Origin: Acidobacteriota bacterium
GTDB taxonomy: Bacteria; Actinomycetota; Acidimicrobiia; Spongiisociales; UBA5794
Length of the DNA stretch: 64,000 bases
Assembly (NCBI GenBank): GCA_022562055.1
Contig: JADFQA010000011.1
Coordinates: 11,273 to 75,272 of the forward strand
Direction: 5' to 3'
Positions 1-9,031 of this stretch are shown here, piece by piece; position 1 is the stretch's first letter; every line of letters begins with the position of its first letter. The position numbers and the translations under genes are program-made. Below the pieces are notes generated by a model that ran no database searches, had not been told where the DNA came from, and saw only the letters and a list, made by a program, of their open reading frames with translations.

Positions 1-429
1 TTCCGAGACGACCGATGCCGCGAGGTGGCCACCAGCCGAGTGGCCGAACATTGCCACCGGGTAACCGAGCGTGTCAGCGATGATGTTGGCGGCGTCAATC
101 GTGTGATCGATGGCGTCGCCGATCGAGAATTCGGGACATAACCCATAGGGGACAAATCCAACAGCGACGTCGCACGCGAGAGCACCGGCTGCGAGGTGAC
201 TGATGTTCGTTGGTGCGCCCCGAACCCAGTACCCACCGTGGACCATCGCAACCGCGCCCTTGACTTGTCCTTCGGGGATGAAGATGTCAATTGCGCGACC
301 CAACGTTCCAACCGGGGAAAACTGCGGCGGGTGAGCAGCCCTGAATGCCGACGCCTCGGCGTCCATCACCTCGATCAATTGTGGAATATTCGGGTGTGGG
401 ATCGAGAGATCGTAGGCGTGTTCGGTCAT
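1..429 (-). CDS. alpha/beta-hydrolase fold esterase/lipase (partial; C-terminus lies beyond window start)
   Basis: Hand translation of minus strand from ATG at 429: MTEHAYDLSIPHP...VKGAVAMVHGGYWV...VAMFGHSAGGHLAASVV; HGG oxyanion motif and GxSxG nucleophile elbow; ORF runs off the window edge so absent from ORF track. Confidence 0.6.
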   Translation of the reverse strand, partial: MTEHAYDLSIPHPNIPQLIEVMDAEASAFRAAHPPQFSPVGTLGRAIDIFIPEGQVKGAVAMVHGGYWVRGAPTNISHLAAGALACDVAVGFVPYGLCPEFSIGDAIDHTIDAANIIADTLGYPVAMFGHSAGGHLAASVVSE

Positions 430-436
430 CGATGGG

Positions 437-871
437 TCAGCCGCTGTGGTTGGCAAGCAGGTACTCGACAGCTTGTCTGTAACCGGGCACCCCTTGCCCG
501 ACGATCGAGTGAACACACGCTTGCGCAGTGAAAGAGGTTGCGCGCCACTCCTCACGCTCGTAGATGTCTGAGATGTGGACTTCGACCGTTGGAAGTTCGA
601 TCGCTTCGATTGCATCCTGGAGGGCGCGAGAAGTGTGACTTAGGGCGCCGAAATTGACGACAACGCCGTCATAACGACCGATGGCATCGTGGAGGGCATC
701 GATGAGCGCCCCTTCGTGGTTTGATTGGAAACACACCACCTCGGCCCCAAGCTTCTCACCGGCTTCGATGAGGTCGACCTCAAGTTCGGCGAGAGTGATC
801 GAGCCGTACACGTCGGGGCGTCGGGACCCTAGCAGGTTCAGATTCGGCCCGTTGATCACCAAGATGCGCAT
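437..871 (-). CDS. aroQ: 3-dehydroquinate dehydratase, type II
   Basis: 144 aa, MRILVINGPNLNLLGSRRPDVYG... canonical type II DHQase N-terminus and length. Confidence 0.9.
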   Translation of the reverse strand: MRILVINGPNLNLLGSRRPDVYGSITLAELEVDLIEAGEKLGAEVVCFQSNHEGALIDALHDAIGRYDGVVVNFGALSHTSRALQDAIEAIELPTVEVHISDIYEREEWRATSFTAQACVHSIVGQGVPGYRQAVEYLLANHSG

Positions 872-1050
872 CGTCGACCTCGTTCGTTCTGATCCGGCAG
901 CGTAGCCGATTTTCGCGTTCTCAAGAAAATGTCACGATGCCCTCCATTGACTCGGGGTGAACCGGTCACTCATGCATATTCGGTGCCGCCATCTTGGAGG
1001 GCCCACGCTGATTGCCCGATGCTGCAGTAGCTTGCGGCGGTTCGAAACCT

Positions 1051-1815
1051 TCATATCTCCACGTCAGGGATGTGGTCGAGCCTCAGCGTCTCAGCTTCTG
1101 CCGACGTCCCCGCCGGCAAAGAAGTGCTGACTAGATCGGCGAGCAACGACAGCTCGGTGATGACCGCCGCATGAACATCGTCGGTTGTGACGCCCGGTAG
1201 AAAATCCTCAAGGGCCCCGGTGGTTTCCGGCTGCCAGTCGAGGCCGAGATGGGCATACACGGGCATCAGTACTTCCTTGACCGATGCGGAGTCGGTGACA
1301 ACGATCACGCCACCGATGTGAGCAGCGTGTTTGGTGAGCCGTTGGCCAACCCCCATCACCTTGTGAGTCCCGGCAACGTTGATCGAGTGCTCACCTGGGC
1401 AGTACTCACCGGTCACCTCGCCGACTCTGACGTCAACGACTCCGAGGTTTCGAAACGCGTTAGCGAGCAGCGCATCGACCATCGCAAAGCGGTCTTTGAT
1501 GCCGTCTGGCGGGTAATCGCAGGGGATGGTCCATCCAAATGCGAGCGTGCCGGCATGGAACACAGCCGCTCGACCACCGGCGAGACGCTCGATGGAGCCG
1601 AATCCCAGTTCGCGTGCGGCGTTGATCGCACGGGCATACCCCGTTTCGAGCCGGTCACGTTTCCCGAAAGCGACGATGCGTTGTGGGACCCGCAACCAAA
1701 AAGTCTCACCACTGCGGGCCTGGGACGCCCGTCTGAGTAGCACCCGCCCGACCGCAGCGTCGAGGCCAGGTTCGCGCGACGAGGGGGTCGTAATGAGAGA
1801 AATGGTTCGATCCAT
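1051..1815 (-). CDS. lipoate-protein ligase / octanoyltransferase family protein (BPL/LPL catalytic domain)
   Basis: 254 aa; EYCPGEHSINV...HKVMGVGQRL block resembles LplA/LipB catalytic core; exact subfamily not resolvable by eye. Confidence 0.55.
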   Translation of the reverse strand: MDRTISLITTPSSREPGLDAAVGRVLLRRASQARSGETFWLRVPQRIVAFGKRDRLETGYARAINAARELGFGSIERLAGGRAAVFHAGTLAFGWTIPCDYPPDGIKDRFAMVDALLANAFRNLGVVDVRVGEVTGEYCPGEHSINVAGTHKVMGVGQRLTKHAAHIGGVIVVTDSASVKEVLMPVYAHLGLDWQPETTGALEDFLPGVTTDDVHAAVITELSLLADLVSTSLPAGTSAEAETLRLDHIPDVEI

Positions 1816-1885
1816 AGTGCCAGGTTAGGGAACCTTATAAACCGTCAGATTCGTTGTAATGTCAATGCCGCCGTTCTCGCCTTTG

Positions 1886-1921
1886 GTGTTCGATAGTGCG
1901 CGACACCGCACTATTGAACAC
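1886..1921. promoter_or_regulatory. 36-bp near-perfect palindrome (GTGTTCGATAGTGCG-cgacac-CGCACTATTGAACAC) in divergent intergenic region; candidate operator
   Basis: 15-bp arms with one mismatch separated by 6 bp, located between divergent genes 1051..1815(-) and 1972..2652(+). Confidence 0.45.
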
Positions 1922-1971
1922 GAAACGCGGCTCGTGTGAACGGGGTGCATCGTTGTTAGTAAGGAATCAGC

Positions 1972-2652
1972 TTGAAGCGACTCGTGGTATTGACGGCCTT
2001 GTCTGTTTTGTTCGCCGCTTGTGGCGACGCCGGCCTGCTTGATACCGCAGGAGATCGGTCAAAGGACTTCGTTTTTGGAGACTCGTTACCGACCACCAGC
2101 ACCAACGCGCCGACCGTGATCGTACCGGCGGGAGGCGGGAAGTTGGTATCTACTAGGTCCGTAGCCTGGTTGAACGATACGCTTTCTGATTCGAATACCG
2201 GCTCCGCCGACTTTGTGATTGCCAAGGTGTGGCAGCGTCGAACGGATGAGACGAGATTTGTGCAGGCAAGCAGAGCGGAGATCGCGGCTGCCGTGCCGGG
2301 CATCTTCTTCCCGACCGCAGTGCCAGAGGATGTGACATGGGTCACCAGTCAACTGGTGTTCGACCTGGCGTCAGCGACGCTCGATGCTGACGTTTCGGCT
2401 GCGTTTGGCCTGTGGTCCGTTGACCCATACACGTCCGAAGAGGGGCGGCGCGGGATCTTGCGGGTAGGGTCGAGCGGCGGAACCACGCTGGTCGAGGGGG
2501 AGATTCGCCCAGAGCAAACCGATCTCGGGTTCGTGATGACGTGGGTTGTCGGCACGTATCGTTACGAATTGTTTTGCCCGATTCCGATATCCGAAACTGC
2601 TTGTCGCGAAACTGCGGAAAGCTCCCGGCCACTCGCCAGCCAGCTCCCGTAA
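1972..2652 (+). CDS. lipoprotein, function unknown
   Basis: TTG start with AAGGAA RBS; signal peptide MKRLVVLTALSVLFAAC with lipobox LFAAC. Confidence 0.65.
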   Translation: MKRLVVLTALSVLFAACGDAGLLDTAGDRSKDFVFGDSLPTTSTNAPTVIVPAGGGKLVSTRSVAWLNDTLSDSNTGSADFVIAKVWQRRTDETRFVQASRAEIAAAVPGIFFPTAVPEDVTWVTSQLVFDLASATLDADVSAAFGLWSVDPYTSEEGRRGILRVGSSGGTTLVEGEIRPEQTDLGFVMTWVVGTYRYELFCPIPISETACRETAESSRPLASQLP

Positions 2653-2689
2653 CGCAACGTCGGCATTGGAGCACAGTACGATCAAGAGC

Positions 2690-3307
2690 ATGAGCGCCGA
2701 CACACCGAAGAAGTCTCAGCGGGGGTCTGGCCGCCGTCGATGGGCGCTGCTTCTCGGACTCGCCGTGGTCGCCGCCGCGTGTTCAGGATCAGCACTCACC
2801 ACGAGTGCGTATTTCGACCGTGTCGGTGAGTCCACTGCAACACTCGACCAGGCCATGGACGACCTCGGCGCGACGTACAAGGCGGATCTCAACACCTCAA
2901 TTGACACCCTGCGCCTCGAACACGACCTCGAAGATCGCAGCGAGCTAGCGGCATTTGTGAAAGACCTCACAGAGATTGCGATTTCCAAGACCATCGTGTG
3001 GCTCGACGCGTCGACGCAGCCGTTGCGTGACTTTCTCGAAGCTCTCCAGACGACCGATCCTCCGCAAGACATGCGCGCCGGGCACGACGCCTTGATCGAT
3101 GCGACGCAGCGAGCGCTAAGCGCGCTTCCTGACACGATGGAGCAAGTACGTCAGGTTTCGACGATCGACGACCTGGCGGTGGTCGTCGAAAATTCCAGCT
3201 TCGCTAAAGCCACCGAGACTCTGCGTGGCGTGTGCTCCGCGCTCCAAACGGTCGCTCAAGACGAGGGCATTGAGCAGACTCTTGAATGCTTCTCGGACGC
3301 AGAATGA
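2690..3307 (+). CDS. lipoprotein, function unknown
   Basis: Start moved to ATG 2690 (MSADTPKK...RRRWALLLGLAVVAAACSGS): basic n-region, h-region, lipobox AAAC; upstream part of ORF overlaps previous gene. Confidence 0.6.
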   Translation: MSADTPKKSQRGSGRRRWALLLGLAVVAAACSGSALTTSAYFDRVGESTATLDQAMDDLGATYKADLNTSIDTLRLEHDLEDRSELAAFVKDLTEIAISKTIVWLDASTQPLRDFLEALQTTDPPQDMRAGHDALIDATQRALSALPDTMEQVRQVSTIDDLAVVVENSSFAKATETLRGVCSALQTVAQDEGIEQTLECFSDAE

Positions 3308-3771
3308 GGTGGAGACTCGTGGTCGTCGCGTTTGCTGTTGTACTCGCAGCGTGTACGGCCGCGCCATCACCGTCTTCTGAATTTCCGAGTACGACATCGG
3401 CCGTCACGTTGCGGACCGAGACGTCGAGTACGACATCGGCCGTTCCGACAACGACCCTGTCGGCAGGTGATCTGTGTGCCTCCGTGATCGATGTCGAAAT
3501 GAGTCGGCAGGGCGACACGTGGACGTTTGCGTTAACCGTTCTGTCTGACGATGTAGGTGCTACGGAGTACGCAGATCAATGGGAACTCCGTACTTCCGCC
3601 GGCGATGTAATCGCGACCCGGGTTCTCGTTCACGCCCATATCAACGAACAACCGTTTACGCGATCGCTCAGCGGGGTGGAAATACCGCCAGGGACGACGA
3701 CTCTGATCGGCGTGGCCCGCCACGGTGTGGGTGGCTACTGCGGCGACGTGTTCCAGATCGTGTTGCCGTGA
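3304..3771 (+). CDS. lipoprotein, function unknown (contains internal 36-bp tandem repeat encoding S/T-rich linker)
   Basis: ATGA overlap with previous stop; MRWRLVVVAFAVVLAACTAAPS lipobox; direct repeat agtacgacatcggccgt at 3391 and 3427. Confidence 0.6.
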   Translation: MRWRLVVVAFAVVLAACTAAPSPSSEFPSTTSAVTLRTETSSTTSAVPTTTLSAGDLCASVIDVEMSRQGDTWTFALTVLSDDVGATEYADQWELRTSAGDVIATRVLVHAHINEQPFTRSLSGVEIPPGTTTLIGVARHGVGGYCGDVFQIVLP

Positions 3772-4310
3772 CAGTCAGCATCACAATCAACGGCCCCGAT
3801 GGTCCGCTCGATGTAGACGTGCCGTCGGTCGGCGGCGAGCCCGTGGTCATACCGTTGGTCAGTGCTCTGATCGAGCGATCAGACGGAACCATTTTCCTTC
3901 AAAAACGCGCCAAACCTGGCGAGAGCGCATTTGGCCGGTGGGAGCTGCCCGGTGGCCGCTGGACGGCGGGGGAGAGCGCCGCGACAGTGGTACGGCGCGA
4001 GGTGAACGAGGAGACAGGTATGACCGTGGTGTCGGTGTTCGGGTCTCACGAGATCTCGGGTGATCTCGGCCGATTCGAGTTGCTTGCACCGGATCTCGTT
4101 ATCACCGGGCATGGTGGCGCATTTCCGCTGCACGTGACCGTCCTCCGCGTAGAGACGCATGGCTCGCCGCGGCCGCTGGAGGGCGAAACGTCGGACCCCA
4201 CTTGGATGTCACGGCGTGAGGTAGCGGCCCTACTAGCTAGGAACCGCAACGCGTTCGTGCCTATCGTGGCAGTAATCCTCGACGCGGTCTTCGCCGAGGA
4301 AGAAAGCTAA
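3768..4310 (+). CDS. NUDIX hydrolase
   Basis: GTG start overlapping stop (GTGA); Nudix box GRWELPGGRWTAGESAATVVRREVNEETG (GX5EX7REUXEEXGU). Confidence 0.8.
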   Translation: MTVSITINGPDGPLDVDVPSVGGEPVVIPLVSALIERSDGTIFLQKRAKPGESAFGRWELPGGRWTAGESAATVVRREVNEETGMTVVSVFGSHEISGDLGRFELLAPDLVITGHGGAFPLHVTVLRVETHGSPRPLEGETSDPTWMSRREVAALLARNRNAFVPIVAVILDAVFAEEES

Positions 4311-5200
4311 ATCGACTCCAGGAACTCGGTGATGCCTGCGCTCACCGCATCACTCTGGTCCTCTTGGAGGAAATGTCCGGCGTCTCGGATGAATTGCGGA
4401 TCCCCAGCGCCGGGGATCAAGGCGGCCATTTGTCGCGCCACGTCTGCGTTGAATATCGGATCTTCGGTGGAAAACATTACGAGGGCGGGATCGTGCCAGC
4501 TAGCGAGGGCATCCGCCACAGCGCGCATCGCGGCGGCGCCCGGATCGGTGGGTGTCTGAGCCACGATGAGCGGAAACCGGTGGGCACCGACTTTGTAGGT
4601 CGCATCGGGAAACGGGGCTTCGTAGCCAGCAAGGACAGAGTCGTCCCACGCCGCGACCATCGAGCGTTCCATGAGGAACCGGATTGGCAGGTCGGGAGTC
4701 CTTGCCACGAAATTCCGCCACGACATGAACGCCTCCGACAGCGGTGCCCCGGTGAATAGACCCGTGTTCATGACAACCAGGCTCGAAAACCAGTCGCGAT
4801 GTTCCACAGCCAGACGTAGTCCGATCGGCCCGCCCCAGTCCTGTACGACGGCGGTTCCGGCGTGAAGGCCGAGGGGTTGAAGAATCGCCTCGACGTACTC
4901 AATGTGACGCTCGTAGGTGTAGAAGTCTGGGTCGGTCGGTTTGTCAGAGCGTCCGAAACCGGGATAGTCGGGGGCCACCACACGGTACCCGGCAGCGACC
5001 AGTGTGGGTATCACATTGCGGTATAGGAAGCACCAGGTTGGTTCCCCATGAAAGAGCACGATTGGCGTACCTTCACCCTCGTCGAGGTAGTGAAGACGCA
5101 TACCTTCGTGTTCGACGTAATGCGGTTCGAAGTCGAAGTCGGGGAGTGATGCAAACGCCGAGTCAGGTGTTCGCAGCGTTTCCCATTCGCGGTGACTCAT
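4307..5200 (-). CDS. haloalkane dehalogenase-like alpha/beta hydrolase (HLD-I/DhlA-type)
   Basis: 297 aa; VVQDWGGPIG nucleophile motif, HGEPTW oxyanion region, C-terminal cap; resembles DhlA-type dehalogenases. Confidence 0.7.
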   Translation of the reverse strand: MSHREWETLRTPDSAFASLPDFDFEPHYVEHEGMRLHYLDEGEGTPIVLFHGEPTWCFLYRNVIPTLVAAGYRVVAPDYPGFGRSDKPTDPDFYTYERHIEYVEAILQPLGLHAGTAVVQDWGGPIGLRLAVEHRDWFSSLVVMNTGLFTGAPLSEAFMSWRNFVARTPDLPIRFLMERSMVAAWDDSVLAGYEAPFPDATYKVGAHRFPLIVAQTPTDPGAAAMRAVADALASWHDPALVMFSTEDPIFNADVARQMAALIPGAGDPQFIRDAGHFLQEDQSDAVSAGITEFLESI

Positions 5201-5709
5201 TCGATTTCCTCTCGATCGTCAGGTTGGTGGTTCTTTGCCTCGGACGGAAGGACCAGTACTGGCTTCCCTGATTCGATCATGATGCGCGCCGACACGCTCT
5301 CCCACGCGGTTTGGTCGAAAAGCTGCCGGGTGGCACCCAGCATGACGACGTCCGCCCCGATCCTCGCTGCAAGATCAGAGATTGCAAGGACAGGATCTTC
5401 ACCCTCGGTGAACTCAGTCTCCGCGTCAAGGCCCGCTGACCGCAAACCCTGCACCACCGGCTCGGTGAGGCGGGTGCCGCGTTCTTCAAGGTAGAGCGCG
5501 ATGGTTGCCTCGTCCGCAGTGACCAGCGTCCGATCCGAGCTTTCGTCGAGCGGATGCCACGAATCCCCGCGAATCTCGTCCAAGAACGAGCGGGGCACTT
5601 CGACGATTGTCGTGACGGTCACACGGCCGTCGTCGCCGACGAGTCTGGCCGCAAACCTCACTGCCAGCTCAGGAGATAGGGCTCCAGTTGTCGCAATTAG
5701 CACATGCAT
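5197..5709 (-). CDS. universal stress protein (UspA family)
   Basis: 170 aa; MHVLIATTG...VVMLGATRQ... Usp-like alpha/beta fold pattern; ATGA overlap with downstream dehalogenase gene. Confidence 0.7.
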   Translation of the reverse strand: MHVLIATTGALSPELAVRFAARLVGDDGRVTVTTIVEVPRSFLDEIRGDSWHPLDESSDRTLVTADEATIALYLEERGTRLTEPVVQGLRSAGLDAETEFTEGEDPVLAISDLAARIGADVVMLGATRQLFDQTAWESVSARIMIESGKPVLVLPSEAKNHQPDDREEIE

Positions 5710-5867
5710 AGTGCGATGTTATAGCGCGCCGAACGCCTATGTACGCAAAATCGAACACCTTGGCTTCGTTTGCCCGTGCGGAGTGACTTCTGAACAGTAT
5801 GTGAACACACTCCGTGTTGGGTACCGGGAAGTCGCCGTCCGTGTTTCCATGACATATGATCCTGACT

Positions 5868-6554
5868 ATGAACCACCGGCAAAAGATCCTTGTGGTCGAT
5901 GACGAGCCGATGGTTCGCGAGGTAGTTACCGCCTACCTCGAACGGGATGGCTTTGATGTTCACGTCGAGGCTGACGGTGCGAAGGCCCTCGCCTACCTTG
6001 CAACGTCATCACCCGACCTTGTCGTTCTTGACGTGATGTTGCCGGCTGTTGACGGCTTGCAGATCCTTGCAAAGCTCAGGGCCGTGTCTGACGTACCGGT
6101 GATTTTGCTGACCGCACGAACCGAAGAACCTGACCGCGTTATGGGTCTTGAGTTAGGGGCGGACGATTACGTCACCAAACCGTTCTCGCCACGCGAACTC
6201 GCGGCCCGGGTTCGCTCGGTGTTGCGCCGTTCGAGTCCGGTTAGCGAACCGATGCGTCTTGAGTTCGATGGCCTCATAATCGACGAGGAGTCGCGCGAGG
6301 TGACCGTTCGCGGCGAACTCGTCGACCTCACACCGAAGGAGTTTGAGCTGCTCGCCCATCTCGCTGCCTCCCCGAAGAAGGTGTTTACCCGCGGCGATCT
6401 GCTTGAGGATGTGTGGGCGTCATCACCCGACTACCAGGATCCATCGACCGTGACGGTGCACATTCGGCGCCTCCGACGCAAGATCGAATCCGATCCTGAG
6501 GCTCCGCGGTGGCTCACCACGGTATGGGGCGTCGGTTATAGGTTTGAGCCGTGA
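5868..6554 (+). CDS. two-component response regulator, OmpR/winged-helix family
   Basis: KILVVDDEPMVREVV receiver with D in LVVLDVMLP; C-terminal winged-helix TVWGVGYRF; alternative ATG at 5856. Confidence 0.85.
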   Translation: MNHRQKILVVDDEPMVREVVTAYLERDGFDVHVEADGAKALAYLATSSPDLVVLDVMLPAVDGLQILAKLRAVSDVPVILLTARTEEPDRVMGLELGADDYVTKPFSPRELAARVRSVLRRSSPVSEPMRLEFDGLIIDEESREVTVRGELVDLTPKEFELLAHLAASPKKVFTRGDLLEDVWASSPDYQDPSTVTVHIRRLRRKIESDPEAPRWLTTVWGVGYRFEP

Positions 6555-7762
6555 AACTCGTCGCCGCACTTGTTGCGTCCGTCGCCGGATCGATGTTGGT
6601 GTTCGAGTTCACGATGTCGCCCACGGCCGCCGAGCGCGTGCACCTTCTTCAGATGTTCGTCCCATTGGCTATCTTGACGGCCCTGCTGTGTGGCGTAGTT
6701 CTGCGATTCTCACGCCGCCTCGGATCGCTGCGGACCGAGATCGTTGTGCTTGCGGTCGCCTCGACCGCCATCGTCGTCGCAGCCGCCGCCGTCACGGCAC
6801 GGTTGATGTTTATCGAAGTACACGACTTGCAGTTGCTGTTCGTTGTCCTTGCGTTCGGTCTCTCGCTCGGGATCACCCTGGCGGTCACCGTTGCGCGACC
6901 GTTGGCTGAAGACTTGCGGCGGATGGAACAAGCCGCCCGCCGTGTCGCGAGTGGTGACCTCAGCACAACGACCGGCGTCGTCCGGCCTGACGAACTTGGT
7001 CGGACCGCAGCGGCCTTTGACTCGATGGTTGCCAAACTCGCTGATGTTGACCGCGAGCGTCTCGCGCTAGAAACCGAACGGCGCGAATTCCTCGCCGCCA
7101 TCGGGCATGACCTGCGAACACCCTTGGCGGCTCTGCAGGCAGCAGTGGAGGCACTTGAAGACGGCGTCGCACGCGATCCTGCCCGCTATTTGCGCTCGAT
7201 GCGGAGCGATGTCGATGCGTTGCGACACATGGTTGAGGATCTGTTCACGTTGTCAACGATCGAGGCTGGACGGTATGTCATGAAGTTCCATCCCACCGAT
7301 CTCGGCGAACTCATCGACGAAACGGTCGACGCACTCCACCCAACAGCGGCTTCTTCTGGCGTGACGCTCTCGGTTCCGCACCCTGAGGCACTCCCGATTG
7401 CGGCTGATGACGCCGCACTTCGTCGTGTGTTGCGCAACCTCGTCGACAACGCAATTCGATATGCGGGTGATGGTGGGTCGGTGACCCTCTCTGGCGTAAG
7501 AGTCGGCGACACAGCGGTGGTATCTGTGCGCGATAGCGGTCCGGGGTTTCCCGCTCTGTTCGTGGAGCAGGCCTTCGATTCGTTCTCAATGGTCGATCCG
7601 GCACGGCACCGTGACTCTGGCGGGGCAGGTCTTGGCCTTGCGATTGCCCGCGGTCTCGTCGAAGGGCACGGGGGAATAATCCAGGCATTTCCCGGTCCGG
7701 GCGGGCGTGTCGACTTCAGCTTGCCGATCTCGAGCAGCGCGCCAACGGTGTCTTCGTCGTAG
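6551..7762 (+). CDS. sensor histidine kinase (TM + HAMP + HisKA + HATPase_c)
   Basis: GTG start overlapping RR stop; H-box IGHDLRTPLAALQAAVEAL; N box LRNLVDNAIRYA; G boxes DSGPGF, GLGLAIARGLVEGHGG. Confidence 0.85.
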   Translation: MKLVAALVASVAGSMLVFEFTMSPTAAERVHLLQMFVPLAILTALLCGVVLRFSRRLGSLRTEIVVLAVASTAIVVAAAAVTARLMFIEVHDLQLLFVVLAFGLSLGITLAVTVARPLAEDLRRMEQAARRVASGDLSTTTGVVRPDELGRTAAAFDSMVAKLADVDRERLALETERREFLAAIGHDLRTPLAALQAAVEALEDGVARDPARYLRSMRSDVDALRHMVEDLFTLSTIEAGRYVMKFHPTDLGELIDETVDALHPTAASSGVTLSVPHPEALPIAADDAALRRVLRNLVDNAIRYAGDGGSVTLSGVRVGDTAVVSVRDSGPGFPALFVEQAFDSFSMVDPARHRDSGGAGLGLAIARGLVEGHGGIIQAFPGPGGRVDFSLPISSSAPTVSSS

Positions 7763-7793
7763 GCTGGCGTCTTTCGAGAGAGGGCGTCACACC

Positions 7794-8564
7794 GTGGAGA
7801 TCAGACTGGACGACAAGGCAGTACTCGTGACGGGTGCCAGTCGGGGGATCGGAGAGGCCATCGCGGCGGCGTCGCTCGAGGCCGGGGCGAAAGGCGTTCT
7901 AATCACGTCACGTAGATCGGCGAATCTCGACGAAGCGAAGGTTCGTCTTGCGGACGACCGAGTGGTCTCTGTCGTAGCGCCGGCAGACGACGTTGACGCG
8001 GCAGAGTCGGCCGTGTCTGCATGCATCGAGGCGTTTGGAAGCTGTGACATTCTTGTCAACAACGCCGGTACGAACCCCGCGGCGGGTCCGATGATGACCG
8101 TGGATCTCGGCGCGGTCGGTAAGACGTGGTCGGTGAACCAGCTCGGACCGTTGCTATTCGCACGGGCCGCATGGGCCGGTTGGATGAAAGACCACGGCGG
8201 TGTCATTCTCAACATTGCTTCTGTCGGGGGGTTGACGGTCGGAGAGATGCTCGGCGCCTATAACGTTTCAAAGGCCGCTGTGATCCACATGACGCGCCAA
8301 ATGGCGCAAGAGATGGCTCCCAATGTGCGTGTCAATGCCCTCGCACCGTCGGTGGTGCGCACCCGTCTTGCGGCGGCGTTGTGGGATGGGATTGAGGAGC
8401 GGACAGCCGCTGCCCATCCGCTCGGTCGCATCGGTGAACCCGAGGATGTCGCCAACGCTGCGCTATTTCTCATGTCAGATGCGGCGTCATGGATAACCGG
8501 TGTGACTTTGCCCGTTGACGGTGGTGCAAGCGGTGCGGTCGGGAACCCCGGCCTCGCCCCGTAG
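7794..8564 (+). CDS. SDR family oxidoreductase
   Basis: GTG start at 7794 with GAGAGAGGG RBS; TGASRGIGEAIA cofactor motif, NNAG, catalytic YxxxK (YNVSKAA). Confidence 0.8.
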   Translation: MEIRLDDKAVLVTGASRGIGEAIAAASLEAGAKGVLITSRRSANLDEAKVRLADDRVVSVVAPADDVDAAESAVSACIEAFGSCDILVNNAGTNPAAGPMMTVDLGAVGKTWSVNQLGPLLFARAAWAGWMKDHGGVILNIASVGGLTVGEMLGAYNVSKAAVIHMTRQMAQEMAPNVRVNALAPSVVRTRLAAALWDGIEERTAAAHPLGRIGEPEDVANAALFLMSDAASWITGVTLPVDGGASGAVGNPGLAP

Positions 8565-8593
8565 GACGCGGTGCTACCACTCATCGGCGACGG

Positions 8594-9031
8594 TTACGCC
8601 CATGAATCCTTTTCTTGTGCGTCAATCATGAACTCAAGGGCTGTCTTGAGCTCTTTCTGTCGTTCGTTGAGCTTCGCAATCGTGTCTGCATTGTTTTCGT
8701 CGATCGCCTTGTTTATGGGCAGCGAGTACGCCTCTGGGTCTTGAACACTGAAGGAAGTGGCGGCAAATGGGGCTTTTATTCGTTGGCTATCCAATTCGGA
8801 TAGGCGTCGGTCGATGTGTTCGAGGTCGATGGTCAGCGCGGCAACGCTACGGCCGCGATCGGCCGCGAGTCGGATCTCTTTCCGGTAGTCGTCGAGCTCG
8901 TCCACTAGCGCGGCCCGGTCGGGGTCGTCGTTGGTCATGGTGCGGAGTTTGGAAGTGAGATCGCGAGCGAAGGCAAGAGCTTCGTCGATTGATGTGCTCA
9001 TGGGTGTCCTCGATCGGGTCGAAGTGTCCAC
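8594..9031 (-). CDS. hypothetical helical protein (alternative start ATG 9001 gives ATGA coupling to upstream lhr remnant)
   Basis: 145-aa ORF, coiled-coil-like, lower GC in 3' half; no recognisable motif. Confidence 0.4.
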   Translation of the reverse strand: MDTSTRSRTPMSTSIDEALAFARDLTSKLRTMTNDDPDRAALVDELDDYRKEIRLAADRGRSVAALTIDLEHIDRRLSELDSQRIKAPFAATSFSVQDPEAYSLPINKAIDENNADTIAKLNERQKELKTALEFMIDAQEKDSWA

